A stretch of 64,000 bases of DNA, from the NCBI GenBank assembly GCA_013265495.1, contig MU058059.1, positions 682,001 to 746,000 of the forward strand, written 5' to 3'. Origin of the DNA: Vicugna vicugna. Lineage: Eukaryota. Every line of letters begins with the position of its first letter. Within the stretch, counting starts at the first letter, position 1. Below the pieces are notes generated by a model. The model was not told the origin of the DNA. It was given only the letters and a program-made list of their open reading frames with translations, and made no database searches. Positions 13,601-26,089 of this stretch are shown one piece after another. The position numbers and the translations under genes are program-made.

Positions 13601-16039
13601 TGCTGCCTTGGGACTATCCTGACTGTTCACTTGTCCACTTACTGATTCCTGTGTCTCAGGAATGCTCTAAGGTAAATAAGGTATCAAGGTATCATCTACA
13701 ATTTTTCAAATAAAAAGTTATACTCAGAGACTTTAGGTAAATTCACTAAGATCACACATTTATTTAGTGACAGATCTAGGGCTGCACAAAACCTTCTGAT
13801 ACAAATCTAGTAGAAAATCAGAAAAAGCCCTTTTATCCTGGATGAAAACATAGGTTGAGGAATGAAAGCTAAGAGTCCTTTCTGGAAATATGAGAAAAGC
13901 AAATTATTCTAAAAAATAATGAGGCCCACACTATGCATGTGTTTTGTCTTCTAATTGAAAGCTGCCTCAATTCATGCTTGTCTAATGAGATGCAATCCAG
14001 CCATGCCTGAAATAACTCTGCGTAATGAGACGACTTTCATTAATCTACTCATGAAAAAGTATGTTCATTAATTAGGCTGGACAGTACAAAAGCACAAACA
14101 ATGACACTCTGGTTTCAGAGTGTCAGCTAAAATCTAATTAGAAATTAGTGGCCGTAAGGACTCAAATATTTCCACTTATGTTGATACGGACCTAAAGATA
14201 CTCAGCTGTGATGGCAAATCATTTTACATGTGAGAGTCTTGGGCAAGGGGAGCATGGCCTGAAGGGGTAAGTGGCAGAGAGCACATCAAGGTCAGGGCTT
14301 TCAGAAGGCCTCCTTTATCTCCGAACATAAGGGGATTATTAGGGAGGTAGAGTAACAAAATCATCACTTCATCCTCCTCTCTATGCTCTTTGCCCTCCCC
14401 GCCTACACACACACTCCACCACCACTACCACCCATGATCCTGAAGGTATTTACAAAACTGCATGTAAGTAATAACGTGGACACTTATGTTCTTATCTAGG
14501 TGGTCTCCTATTCCTTCCAAATTCTAGATTAACAGAGGAGCCAATGTCAATCTCTCACTCTTTTTCTCTCCTGTTCCCACTATTTAAACACACACACACC
14601 CTTCTCAAAATGATCTTTCAGTGAAATTTCCTAAACATTCATCACCCCAAAATCCCAGGAAGAAGTCTATTCTGAGGCCAGGGATAATTGCTGAGTGATT
14701 TTAGAGATCTAATGAGTCCATTTCTGATCAAGAGAAATATTCTGAGGAAAAGGCACTTCAGGATTATTACTTCTAAATCATTTTACATAAGTTATCTCTT
14801 GTATAAATATATTTTATATTTCTTTGCCTTTCAGCTCTATGTGGGTTTGCATTTGTCTTGTAATATTTTCTTAAGTAGCTCAGATGGGTCCAGTTCCCAG
14901 CTTTTCATCTTGAAATCATAAGACAATATAAGAGCCTTTAACCTATATCTCATTATAGAAATTCTATAAACCAAATTAGGTAGCAGTAGTATGTCTTAGG
15001 CAAGAAAATGAATTATCCTATAACAAGGTAGAGCTTTCTAAAAAATGTGGCATACAAAATATCTAGCTTTGCTCAAGATATGTGTACTGAATGAATGGAA
15101 TCACAGCTGAAATAGGAGTTTCATATTGTCATGAAACGGAGACATAAATACTCAGAGGAATCCCAGTGGTCCTTTTCTACCATGAGTTTGGACCAAGCTT
15201 CCTCTTTGCTCAGAAAGCTGAAAGGTGTCTCTTGTAAGTAGGGGTGGTAGAAGGGAAAAGACAGGTAATAAAAGGATTGATTGGATTTGAGGAAAAAAAT
15301 AATTCTGAGATAGATCATAAGGCTATGAAGCTTTGCCTTCTTCACTCCTGCTCAAATTCTTAAGCAAGTATCAAATAAGTATCATTGACAATGACATTAC
15401 TGATATGTATTTCTCTGTCACCATTTCACAGATTAAGGGGTTGTGGAGGACCCATCATGCTAATTTAATCCATCTTCTCTGTCAATAAAGAACTTGAATT
15501 CTAGGGAAAGAAGTGACCAGGTCAAAGTACATAGTCAAGAGGAGCCTGGTTCCCTCAACTGTTACCTTTACCTGAAAGGATTAGATCCGATTCTGTCCTT
15601 GAATTCTGCACTTGCTCCAATGCAGCCCTTATCCTGCTGTGACAGAACTGCTGGTCTGCTCGTCAGTCTTTGTCATAGACTCTGAGCTTTTCACAAGTGG
15701 GGAATGTCTCTAGACTTTTCATTTCCAATATACATGCCTGGCATGGAGAGGGTATACAATCATCATATCCATTTATACTCATCCCATGGGGAATTAAAGC
15801 ATTCAGCCTGTGATTCACAGTACTTAGGAACTTGGTACTACCAGTATCCCAATTCATATTGATTCTCCTTGAACTGAGACCTTCCCAGCTCTTGAGTCCC
15901 ATCTCAGGAATGCTATGTGCCAGCCACAGTGCTCTCCTCAAATTAGCCCTGCTCTGCTGGTTTTCACATTCTTTTCCTCTGTTCACTGAAGCTCCTAATA
16001 TTCACTCACCAAATCTTTCTGTTTCATCCTTGGCATACA

Positions 16040-16380
16040 GCTAGCCCATCTTTCCCAGCCATCCTGACAATTACATAAGGCTACATAGCTGAGTTCTGGC
16101 CAGTGGAGGGAAGTGGTGGTGATACATGTCTCTTCCGGGCCTGGCCCCTTAACAACAACCAATATGATACCTAAAGATGCATGGAGAGCATTCTGGGGAA
16201 TACAGAGGATGGAGCTATGTTATAGAAGGAACCTGGATCTCTGAGTCATTGGCCTAGGAGATTTGACCAGGGAGGTCATTCAGTCAGGAATACCCTGTAC
16301 AACTGATGTGTAAACGAGGAATAACTTTGTCTTCACCCACTCAAATGTGTTTGTTAACAGCAGTTAACCTATGTGACTAA
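16040..16380. mobile_element. ERVL-type solo LTR remnant (LTR16-like)
   Basis: catctttcccagcc...gagttctggccagtgg...ggaacctggatctctgagtca...ggaataactttgt. Confidence 0.55.
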
Positions 16381-17476
16381 TACTCTCATGTTGTTCATTT
16401 TTCCTGGGACATCCACTCAAATCTTTTCTACTTGACAAAGACCTCCTCAGTTTTCAAGATTTACTTTAAGAATTAATTTTACGTGAGAATTTTCTGACAG
16501 TCCCCATCTTTCCCTCCCTGCCTTTTATAAATTTACTGTGTCCTCACTTTATGCCCCTATCTCCCTGTAAAGTCAGTATTTGCAGACCTCACATGCATAG
16601 CAGAGTGCCCAACCCATGGTAAGTAAGTATTCAGAAGCTGCTGAATCCATGAATTAAAGACTGAATAATTGTTCCCACAGTTTCTTACCCCCTCATGGAA
16701 ATCCCTTTACTTTATTTTTCATCGTCATACTGCATCACGCTCACTGCTCTTACCCAGAGGATGCTCTTTCTCTCCTTGTTTACCAAGATGCCACATACTC
16801 CCTCTTAGGCTGTGGGGGAAATCACACTACCACAGTCTTATAGGTGGAAATAATTTATGCTTGCAGGATGTACATTTGCTTAAAGAGTTTTACAAAACTT
16901 CTTTTTTTCAATCAAGGAAAATCTGGATCCATGTTTCCATTCACAAAAATAAGGCAAGGTATCCAACATCAGTGATTCCTGGGGAGGTCTCTTCTTCCTT
17001 TGGTTATAGAAGTGTCCCAGAATCCTAAACAATCCCCCAAACTGATTAGTCCTTTGTGCTTTGCAATTTGGTCATCACTCAGTTGGTTACTGCACGATCT
17101 TGGGGTGAGAGAGGGCAGGATTCCCTTTCCCTTGCCTTCATACCCAATAAACTTGAGGCCAATGATACTAAGCCTGGTTCCTAATGGGACACTAGGAGGA
17201 GAAAAGTATCTCACCTATTTTCTGAATTATTTTTCATAAAAGCTAATCAACAGGAAAACACAGTTCACTTTACTAATTGTTTTCTTTCTGCCACAAACAG
17301 CAGACATACTAACAGTGGTACTTAGGAAAATAACTTTACCTCTAGATTTTATAATTTATTAAAAGGAGTAAAAATGGGGAAGAGAAAATGGGAATGGAGG
17401 GGGTTATAGTAACCCATAAGCTTTCTACGAAGCAAATTTTAACTATTTAACTGACAAAAAGTTGAAGTGAATTTAC

Positions 17477-17558
17477 CTCTGGTCAAAAACAAGTAAAAAG
17501 TAATTGTAAAAGTACAGTCCAGAGCTTCTCCTATTAGATCAGCTCTATTTAGAAAAGT
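17477..17558 (-). pseudogene. Candidate small exon (82 nt, open)
   Basis: Acceptor tttctttgttccatttag, donor AG|gtaaat; TFLNRADLIGEALDCTFTITFYLFLTR. Confidence 0.45.
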
Positions 17559-18019
17559 CTAAATGGAACAAAGAAATATTTGTTCTTCCTTGAGATACAG
17601 CCTCCTCCTCAAGGCAGAATAAGAACAATCAAATACGCAAACAAAAAGCAACCCTGAAAACTGCCTTTTTATATAAAACACAGCATCTTCTGGTGCCCTG
17701 TCTGACCTACCAGGCTGCATTCTAAGTGCCAGGATACAACACAAATAATAGATCATTTCAGCTCATAGTGAGTTCCAAGGCCTGCTTTGAAAGGTAAGAG
17801 ATACACAAAAATACCTACACAACAATGTAGAGAGCAATACACTCTCAGGAGAGAGAAAGAACAAGTTACAAAAGTGATGCAGAAAAGGTGCGGCATCTTT
17901 GGATGAAAGGACTGCGCTGCTGCTGTCTGCAGAGTATGTTCCTTTGCATTTACTGTGACTGCATCAGATTCATATTGCCTTGTATCATTCACTTCCTTGG
18001 GAATTAAAATTTATCCAGC

Positions 18020-18270
18020 CTGAGGAATAGATGAAAACAGAATGAAAAAAATGAGAGAGTCTGAGAGAACCATGGGACACTTAAGCATGCCATTATCTGC
18101 ATAACGAGTGTTCCAATTGGAGAGGAGATAGATAAAGGGGCAGAAATAATATCTGAAGAGATGGTGACCCAGAACTTCACAAATTTGATTAAAAAATTAA
18201 TTTACATGTCTAAGAAGCTCAATCAACAACAAGCAGTGTAAACGCAAAAAGATTTACACAATCACTAAAC
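18020..18270 (+). mobile_element. Old L1 ORF1 fragment
   Basis: agtctgagagaaccatgggaca...ggggcagaaataatatctgaagagatggtgacccagaacttcacaaatttg. Confidence 0.75.
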
Positions 18271-18371
18271 TCTTGTTGGAGATGAATTTGAACTTACGTC
18301 TTCTGATTCATACTTCTTGATTGTAGTCTGCCCTGTGATTTGCATGGCTGCTGACAAGCAAGTATGCTCAC

Positions 18372-18523
18372 AGTGTCCTAATTAGCACCATGGCAAAAAG
18401 GTTTGTTTATTTGACAACAGTGAAAACTGATGTAGAGTTGTAAATACCAAGTGAATGACAACCCAAGGACGAGAAGCCTAGTCTTTTCGTCTCTGCATTT
18501 CTACCAAAGCTCTTGCACTTTGG
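18372..18523 (-). pseudogene. Candidate exon, eTudor C-terminal strands
   Basis: Acceptor cttcccttccttgtcatcag, donor gtgagc; KVQELW*KCRDEKTRLLVLGLSFTWYLQLYISFHCCQINK. Confidence 0.45.
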
Positions 18524-19099
18524 CTGATGACAAGGAAGGGAAGTGAAATGATGGTTGCAGGGGGCAGGGAAGCAGGACAAGAGTATTCTCCATACAGAGC
18601 TGAAAATGATTTTGCACTGTGTCTACTTTATTTCAATTTCACCTGGATGAGTCATTCTCATTAACAAAACATTCCTCTGATACCTTGAACTCCCAATCAT
18701 TTTACAGTTGTCTCTTATTATTGCACTGCTCAGCTTCTGCAAATGAACATATTGTTGACTGGAATTGTTCCATTCAATGAACAAAACAAATGATGAAAAA
18801 GCCAGAGAAAAGCAAGGTCAGACATGGGTAAGCAAACAGAAGTTAAGGAGAGAAGGAGAAACTGGTACAGATGTTAAAGGGGAGCTGATTATCAGCTACT
18901 TATGCTTACTCGCCGGCTGTCTCTAGGGGGCGAAGATGACTAGCTGGGGTTAAGCGTGCGAAGAAGACCCTCCACTTCCCCTTCATATCCACTGAACTGT
19001 GAACCATGTCAGTGTGTTACCTAGTTAATAATGGTTGTTTAAAATTAAATTTTTAGTGGAAAAAATAATTAAATCTAGATTCTGGAAAAAGCATTAAAA

Positions 19100-19467
19100 T
19101 TCTCTTTCAGAGGGACTGTTTTGTTCCAAGCCAGGCTATCGGTGTGTCATCAGTGAGCACAAGCCGTGGATGGCAGTGAGATGCCGGCTCCAGATTCTGA
19201 AAAGCAAAGGGCTAAGAGCAGGAATCAACCAGATCAAGGAAAAGAATTCCCCTAACTGGGGACAACAGAGCCCGGGAGGAGGCATCTGGGAAATGAAAGG
19301 TGTAAAGAGCTGTGATCTTTCCTCTTGTGCTCTCTGCTCTATAAGAGGAAGCATATAGAATCTGCGAGTGCTCAGAATATGAGTGGAGGTGGGGAAAACA
19401 ATGTATAAACAAATCTCTAAAGATTTTTCCTGGAAATTAGCAGGAAGTGAGACAGATGACTCTAGTT
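19100..19467 (-). pseudogene. Candidate exon, eTudor N-terminal half (about 110 open codons)
   Basis: Acceptor gttttattggccctag; ORF 19136-19510 contains STHILSTRRFYMLPLIEQ...CCPQLGEFF. The donor end is not defined. Confidence 0.62.
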
Positions 19468-19515
19468 CTAGGGCCAATAAAACTATAGCAAAAAGTTTCA
19501 AAATAAACAAATGTA

Positions 19516-19780
19516 GAGGGAGGGATAAATTAGGATTTGGGGATTAACACATACATGCTACTGTTTATAATAAAGCAGATAAACAACAAGGATCTACTGT
19601 GTAACACAGGGAAATATATTCAATATCTTGTAATAATCTATAATGGAAATCAATCTGAAAAGATATATAGAGATATAGATATATAGATATATATAAAAAA
19701 CTGAATCACTTCACTGTACCCCTGAAACTCGCACTACATTATAAATCAACTATACTTCAATTTTAAAATTTTTTTAAAAT
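19516..19780 (+). mobile_element. Truncated L1 3' end
   Basis: gagggagggataaattaggatttggggattaac...aaatcaactatacttcaat. Confidence 0.88.
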
Positions 19781-19889
19781 AAATAGAGGTAAATCATAGT
19801 GACTTAATAGTTTATAAAGATGTTGAAGGATGTCAACAGGTCCCAGAAGAGTCTAACTCCAAAAAAAAAAAAAAAAGGTATCCAAGGCT

Positions 19890-20045
19890 ATAAAATTTGA
19901 AGGCAGAAGCTTGGTTTGGAATCCCAATGCTGCCACGTATTGGCTGAGTGACCTCAGGACAATTATTTAAACTCTCTGTGTTTCTGTTTCTGTATAAAAA
20001 TATATGTATAAAAATGGGAACAAACTTTAAGTTGTTGTGAGGGTA
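19890..20045. mobile_element. MIR remnant
   Basis: ggtttggaatcccaatgctgccac...gtgacctcaggacaattatttaaactctctgtg. Confidence 0.7.
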
Positions 20046-20526
20046 ATTACCACTTAGTATAACAAATGAATAAAGTTATTGGGAGAGTTAGACAAGAACA
20101 ATGGCTCTAGCTTTTTTCAGCTACAGAATGCTATGCACAAATGAAATTTAAATCCAAGACTCAATTTGTAAAATAGGCAAAAGCAGCGCGGCCCTAACTG
20201 AGTGACGGTTGGAGAGACAACTAGATGCCACTAAGACTCGGAGACACAGTATGAAATTCACCGTCAGATTAGGAGATTCCTAAAGCTCTTTCTAGGACAC
20301 AAACTTCTATACATCTATTTCCTTGGGTTGATGTGTTTAGTCCTACCCAGGCTGCATTTAAACCACAATTAGATTAAACAGTAATTGAGAATGTTTAGAT
20401 TATTGCTCTTATGTCTATAAGTCTTTTAAAAACTGCATTGTTCAGTTTCAAATTAAGATTAACAATTATATTTAATAGAAAATAAACAGAATAATAAAAG
20501 TGAGCTGTTAGTTCCACTCAGTTTAC

Positions 20527-20640
20527 TCTACTCTCTTGTCCCATGAAGCCCAGGTCACCCAGGCACTGCGTCCCAGATGACAGCCCCCTAAAAGTGGCTA
20601 AGGCATTGAAGGATGAAGTCAGAACTGCTTGGGTTAGAAC
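20527..20640 (-). pseudogene. Candidate exon (114 nt, open in phase 0)
   Basis: Acceptor gtttccttcag, donor AGA|gtaaac; VLTQAVLTSSFNALATFRGLSSGTQCLGDLGFMGQESR contains a GxxCL motif. Confidence 0.5.
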
Positions 20641-20838
20641 CTGAAGGAAACTGACCAGCCTAACACAGTCTAGCCATTGAGAACTGCAATCAAAGTTGAT
20701 GGCAATATTCACAAAGGCCTATAGGTCAAGTGGTTTTTTAATGATCATGCGCCTGTATCTACTTTGGAAACACTCAATGTGGCAAATTACATGAGCTCAA
20801 CAATTACTATGTTTAACAACCAAAATATTTGCTTCCAA

Positions 20839-20963
20839 GGGGGGAGGGCATAGCTCAATTGGTAGAGTGCATGCTTAGCGTGCACAAGGTCCTGGGTTCA
20901 ATCCCCAGTACTTCCTCTAAACATGAATAAATAAACCTAATTACCTCCCCCCAAATAAATAAA
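20839..20963 (+). mobile_element. tRNA-derived SINE of camelid type
   Basis: ggggagggcatagctcaattggtagagtgcatgcttagcgtgcacaaggtcctgggttcaatccccagtac (A and B boxes) plus aataaataaacctaattacctcccc tail; imperfect TSD ending ttccaa. Confidence 0.92.
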
Positions 20964-21689
20964 ATTTTTTTTAAAAATTGTTTCCAACAGAAACAGAGCT
21001 TTAGTATTACTAAAAGCAATTCGATGTGGGGTTTTTTAAATTGTTAATAAAATTTCTTTGGGTCTACAGACACATGCAAATGTTGCATGAACATTCTAAA
21101 CAACACTCTCTATGTGAAGCCAGTATAAATGTTAAAATTATTTAAATACTCTGGTATTTCCTTTGAGAAAAAAAAGTGTAGTTACCAAGGTTTAAAAACA
21201 CATATGTACATTTAACAATGTACGTGTGGTAATTTGTGTGTACATATAAATCTTATACATATTGAGAGAGAGAGAGACTGAATCACAGTTCTCAAAATTC
21301 TGGTCCTTTAGAAAGATCTAATATTCCAACTGTGGAAGAAAACTACGTCTATCAAATGGGAGAAGGCTGAACAGTGGATTTTTCTAGGCTTAGATTTTTG
21401 TCCAAATAATATATATTTGAATATTCATGTTTTAAAAAAAAACTACTTTTCAAGAAATAAAACTAAGTAGTTTTCAGTGTTTTACTCTGCTTGCCATGTT
21501 TTGTTTTCCTGATTGGAAAACTGTTTTTGCCAGACATGTCTTTAGTTACTCTCACATTTCATCTCTAAGTACTGACCTAAATAAGAAGTCCTTAGCTGGT
21601 AGGACATCTCATGCAGTGTCAGAAGCAGAATTAGGAGGTACTTCCGGAAACTGAGGTGTCTGGATGTTCACTATGTGGGGAAAAAATTT

Positions 21690-22380
21690 TGCTGTACCAG
21701 CTGCTGCTCCCAATCTTGACCTTCATAGACAGAAGTCCCAAAAGTATCCTGCCCTTTAATTTGCTTTACAACCAAAGCGACCCTTGGCTTTCGTTATTTA
21801 TAAAGTCACTAGTCATAGCACAGGTGACATACCAGAGAGATGAATTTTAAATTGTAGACCCTGAGTCCTGCAGACTCCACGTCCATGTTCATGTGAGGAG
21901 GGAAACTTACTAAGTCTATCCCATGGATCTTTCCTTCCAGTTACAGTGACAAAAAATTAGACAGAAATTAAACTATCTCATAGCCATGTTTTAAACAAGG
22001 TAATGCAAGCAAGTGAAGACAACTCTTTTCCTAGGTCATAATGCCCCCCCCAATTTTCTTTCTGTTCTAGAGAGTTTAACTACTTTTAGTAGACATATTG
22101 TAAGAAGATATTAGTAGAGCAGAAAAAAAAATCCGAACTAACCTATGGTGTAAATTTTGTAACATAATTTTGCTCAAGAGGCTAGTTCTAAAGGGTGACA
22201 AGGAGTGTGAAATTATTATCCTCCCAAAATGCACCAAAAAGTAAAAGCCGTACCCTTCTTATTCAAATGTAACTTTGAGCAAGACTTATTGCCCCTCACT
22301 TCCAACCAAATTGCCCCCAGCCTCCTAAGTAGAGTTACCATTGCTAACTTGCTAACCCAGGAATATAACTTCTCATTTTC
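21690..22380 (-). pseudogene. Decayed eTudor-encoding exon(s)
   Basis: In order, across frameshifts: GTAFTFWCILG, GHYDLGKEL, FKIHLSGMSPV, SLWL*SKLKGRILLG. Confidence 0.55.
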
Positions 22381-24706
22381 TAGTATCATGTTCACTGTTA
22401 AGGATTTGTAAAGTACCAATTACAAAGAAATAGAAGCGGGTATGATGAAAGAATTTTGAAATCCCAACAGAAAATTCAGTGGCAAAACACAGCTGGGGCT
22501 CCAATCTGATCAACTCAGAGTTCAGAAATATATTCTAAATTAGGACCTCTTTTCAGTCAGATGAGGTATACACTGTTTCCCAGAATTCTATTCCTTTATT
22601 CTTTTTTTTCCCACACTCTTTTTTCCATGTAAATTGTGCAAAATATTCTCTCGGCATTTTTCCATACCTTATATAATCCTTTTGGAAAATTCCTAACTAT
22701 TAGTCTCTCCAGCAGCAAGAGCAGCTGCTTAATCAAGAAAAAAAAAGCTTAAATTTTACCAATGGTGAGCTGAAAATACCACTCATCTGTGAATAATCAT
22801 AAAATAATAACACAACATTTATTGAGTGTTTCCTATATGCTAGTAATGGGCTCAGAAGTGAAGCAGATAGAGGAAGACTTCTCAAGGGAAAGATGTGGTG
22901 GGAAAGAGGACAAGGCACCACCGTGCAATGAGAACATCAAGTGCAAACCCATGGAGGCTTTAGCTCTTACAGAGCAGTGGAGAGCTGCAAGGAGTTACGT
23001 GTGTTTGGAAGAAGTGACATTAGATGAAAAAGGAATATATATACATTTATGTTTACATACGCGTAAAATACATTTGAGAGGATCACAGGAAATTTAACAC
23101 TGGTTTGCCTGGGGAAAGAACAGTGCTCATCTGGGATGAATGGGGTTCTTCATTTGTGTCATTCAGCATTCTATCCCATATTTTCCTATCAAAAAGCTAA
23201 TAATAAAAGTACTTGATGAAATGTTTTGTTAGTATTATTTCTGAGATATCACGAAAAATAAATTTTCTAGGAAAAGGAAAGAGTCATATACTGAGCAAAA
23301 GGGGAATGGGTCAGGAAGGATAGGAATAACTCTTGTGGGCAACAGGAAATGGGGTCACCAGAAATATGGTCAATAACTGCTGGTTCATACTTGGAGCCTG
23401 ACCAGCTTTAGGGCCCAATGATTTGTAGAGAATTTTTTCCATCAGTGATTGACAACCTTGGTATGACCGCCAGTAAGCAGGTGGTTAGGAAGTGAACTCA
23501 CTGGATATAAAAAAGTACTGGAAGGTACAGAAGTTGTAGAGATCAAAAGAAAGGGATGGTAATCATTCACCATAGGATTTTTACTGCTTACAGAAGTAAA
23601 ACCAGGAGAGGAGAGATGAAGTAAGTAAACAATGACTGGAAATTCTAAAGATGCCAGAGAACAGATGTGGCAGAAACAACAGAGGCAAAGCGTCAAACGA
23701 AGAGAAGTGTTGGTCAGCAAGAGAAAGGTTTAACATTCAGAAAGGAGCACAGGTATGGCCATGGGAGATGACGGCTGAAGTACCATGAAGGTAAAACTTA
23801 GTAGAACTGCGCGGGTCAAGGAACTTTGAGTCTACAATGGCTAATATGGCTTGTACAGATGTGTTGTCCAGAATGACCTTAGGATCTGGGATTTCTGGCT
23901 CGTTATCATAGAAAGGTATTCTGTACACTGAGCTGGAATAAGTTTGCAGCTGGGCTAACTCTGAGAAGGTACATAAGGTTTAGTGAAGGCAATAAAGGAG
24001 AAAATAAATCTTTTCAACGGAATACAGATTCACGAGTAACTAGTTGTGGAGGGCTCGGGGAAGACTTGCCAAAGAAGGAACATTTGAAGCAGGTCTTGAA
24101 GTTTAAGTAAGAATTCAGCTGTCAAAAAACTTCGGGGAAAGCATTACAGCCTTAAAAAAAAAAAGGGAGGGGTATAAACAGAGGGTGGGGCTTCAGTATT
24201 TGTCCTGTGAGTTTCTTAACTTGAAACTTGAGTTCTGAAAACTGCCCTTTCACCCTCATATACAAGCCATTCTTTGACTTGCGTATTTTAAGGCAAATTC
24301 ACCCCTTGCTGTATAAGGCACAGACTAATTAGCACATAATGAATAAATGAGCACTTAGGAGATTTATGTTTCATACTCCAATTATTTTTATTTTTTTCCT
24401 TCCCACATAAAGGAGACAAGAGCCCAGCCTAGCACTTCTGAGGAGAAATTCTCTAAAAGGGCTGCAAATTATATAATGAATATAATGTAAATACATTTAC
24501 AATACATTTACTCAAATGATTCGAATTGGAATTAAGGTTGCTTTTTTGAAATTCAATATCCGAGAAGTATCTATAGCACTTGGAGGAGAAAGTTGTTCAA
24601 ATGCCCCTGCGGTGAGCCTTTAAAATATGTAATTCAAGAGAAACTGGTGTGTATAGTTTCGAGACTGCTGCTGAGTTGGCAAGCCAAAATAATTAGTAAT
24701 ACGTAC

Positions 24707-24839
24707 CTCCAACAACTCTATAAATCAAGATAAATCACAGAGGATTGGAGCTCCGACTCCAACAGGGAGACTATTAAATATCTGAGACTATCTTTTAAAT
24801 TCCAAGATAGCATAAATTCTTGGCCATTCCTTTCAAAAG
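24707..24839 (-). pseudogene. Candidate exon with stops in all frames
   Basis: Acceptor ttatttaagtctttag, donor GAG|gtacgt; best frame KEWPRIYAILEFKR*SQIFNSLPVGVGAPILCDLS*FIELLE. Confidence 0.45.
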
Positions 24840-25378
24840 CTAAAGACTTAAATAATACGTAGGTATAAACATATAATTGTCAAGCACAAACACTCCAGTA
24901 GTGAACTATCAGACATAGATTTTGCTCTTGGCTCCTCTCCCTGACCGTTAAGCAATATGTTAACAATAAAATAAATGAGTTTTCTTTACCACTTATGCAA
25001 CATAAATAGTTCCTCACTTTTGACCTGTAGCTAATTACAACCGTCTTTAAGCGAGACGCTGGATACATACACATGCGCACACAGTCTTCACGACCAAAAC
25101 CCAAAACCAGAAAACCAGGAACGGCCGTGAGGGTTCCAGTCCAGGCGGCCCCACAGGAGGAGTCGAGCTCCGACCCCCGCGGACCGCGGATCCACGGAGA
25201 AGCCGGACAAGCCCGAGAACTCGCAGAGGCCTGCAGGCCGGACGGCGGACAGTCCCTCCCCGAACTGCACCCAAACTCGGGTCAGGAGGGACCTCACCCC
25301 CAGGAGCGAGGGTCGCCCGCACGCCCCGCACCCAAGGCCCGCGCCCCCACGGCGCACCGGCTGGAACTGCCGACTCAC

Positions 25379-25837
25379 CGTCGGCGGCCGTCCTGTCAGA
25401 GGCTCCTAGGGTCATGGAATTGCCCAAGGGACGTCGTCGGCATTAGCTCTGACACCGGGAGCGCTGAGCCTGGCCGGCTCCGTCTCTGCTCCAGCGCGCA
25501 GCTTCCAGGGACCAGACCGCCGTCTGAGGCCCGGGTTCCTGCTCTGAGCTCCGTCGGAGCCCAGGTTGAAGACTGAGAGGTTTACATCCGGGCCCCCGGT
25601 TTACGTCTATGGGGTTTACGGCAGGGGTTTACGACCTGGGGTGTTTACGGCCGGGGGTTAAACTAGGCCTGGCTTCTGTGGCCGCCTCGAGGGGCCACCT
25701 GTATGGCCTGGCTCTGGTGGCTCCTGCACTCCCAGCCCTGGTTCCCACATTCTTCAGTGGCCCCACCTGTGGGGCACAGGAGAGGCCACAGACCCAGGAG
25801 CCTGGTCTTCGTGGGCCAGAGGCCGCAGAGCTACAGC
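25379..25837 (-). pseudogene. GC-rich candidate exon encoding a decayed eTudor core inside the CpG island
   Basis: Acceptor gcccctcag, donor ACG|gtgagt; one frame with two stops: ...NVGTRAG...RPYRWPLEAATEARPSLTPG...PLSLQPGLRR...EPGPQTAVWSLEAARW. Confidence 0.55.
25579..25663. repeat. Degenerate tandem array of six GGTTTAC(G)-like units
   Basis: ggtttaca, ggtttacg x3, tgtttacg, ggttaaac at 13-19 bp spacing. Confidence 0.85.
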
Positions 25838-25920
25838 CTGAGGGGCGGCCGCACGGAAAAGCCAAAGGTAACCCTTTGTCCCCTCCCTCGGCGCGGCCTC
25901 CACACCGTTGTCAGTATGGA

Positions 25921-26089
25921 CAGTCGGCCCTTGAGCAACACGGGTGTGAGATGAACGGGTCCGCCTGCACCAGAGTCTTTAAGTAAACGGCTACTGCGCT
26001 AGTGCCATGTCACTCCGATGGGAACCCGTATACCCGGGGCCCACCATGGAGCTCTACTTGGATTTTCCATCTTGTTCAAGGATCAACTG
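25921..26089. mobile_element. Tigger2-family MITE (MER8-like)
   Basis: Terminal inverted repeats cagtcggcccttgagcaacacggg ... ttgttcaaggatcaactg. Confidence 0.75.

Larger units (their letters stand above)
25050..26040. promoter_or_regulatory. CpG island
   Basis: About 1 kb that is very GC- and CpG-rich within AT-rich flanks; promoter activity is not shown by sequence alone. Confidence 0.8.

Noticed and set aside
20845..20915. tRNA gene (also near 29180 and 54815)
   Set aside because: The tRNA-like head is followed by a shared non-tRNA tail, A-rich end and TSD, so these are SINEs.
24790..24830. RRM RNP1-like motif RIYAILEFK
   Set aside because: Single short motif, no RNP2 partner, flanked by stops.
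25419..25433. RFX X-box-like site suggesting a ciliary gene promoter
   Set aside because: Imperfect match, and no ciliary gene exons were recognised.
25579..25663. CRISPR-like repeat-spacer array
   Set aside because: Units are only 7-8 bp, the context is mammalian and there are no cas genes.
25073..25986. Plus-strand ORFs of 167 and 125 aa in the CpG island
   Set aside because: Expected from stop-codon scarcity in GC-rich DNA; no recognisable domain and no downstream plus-strand exons found.
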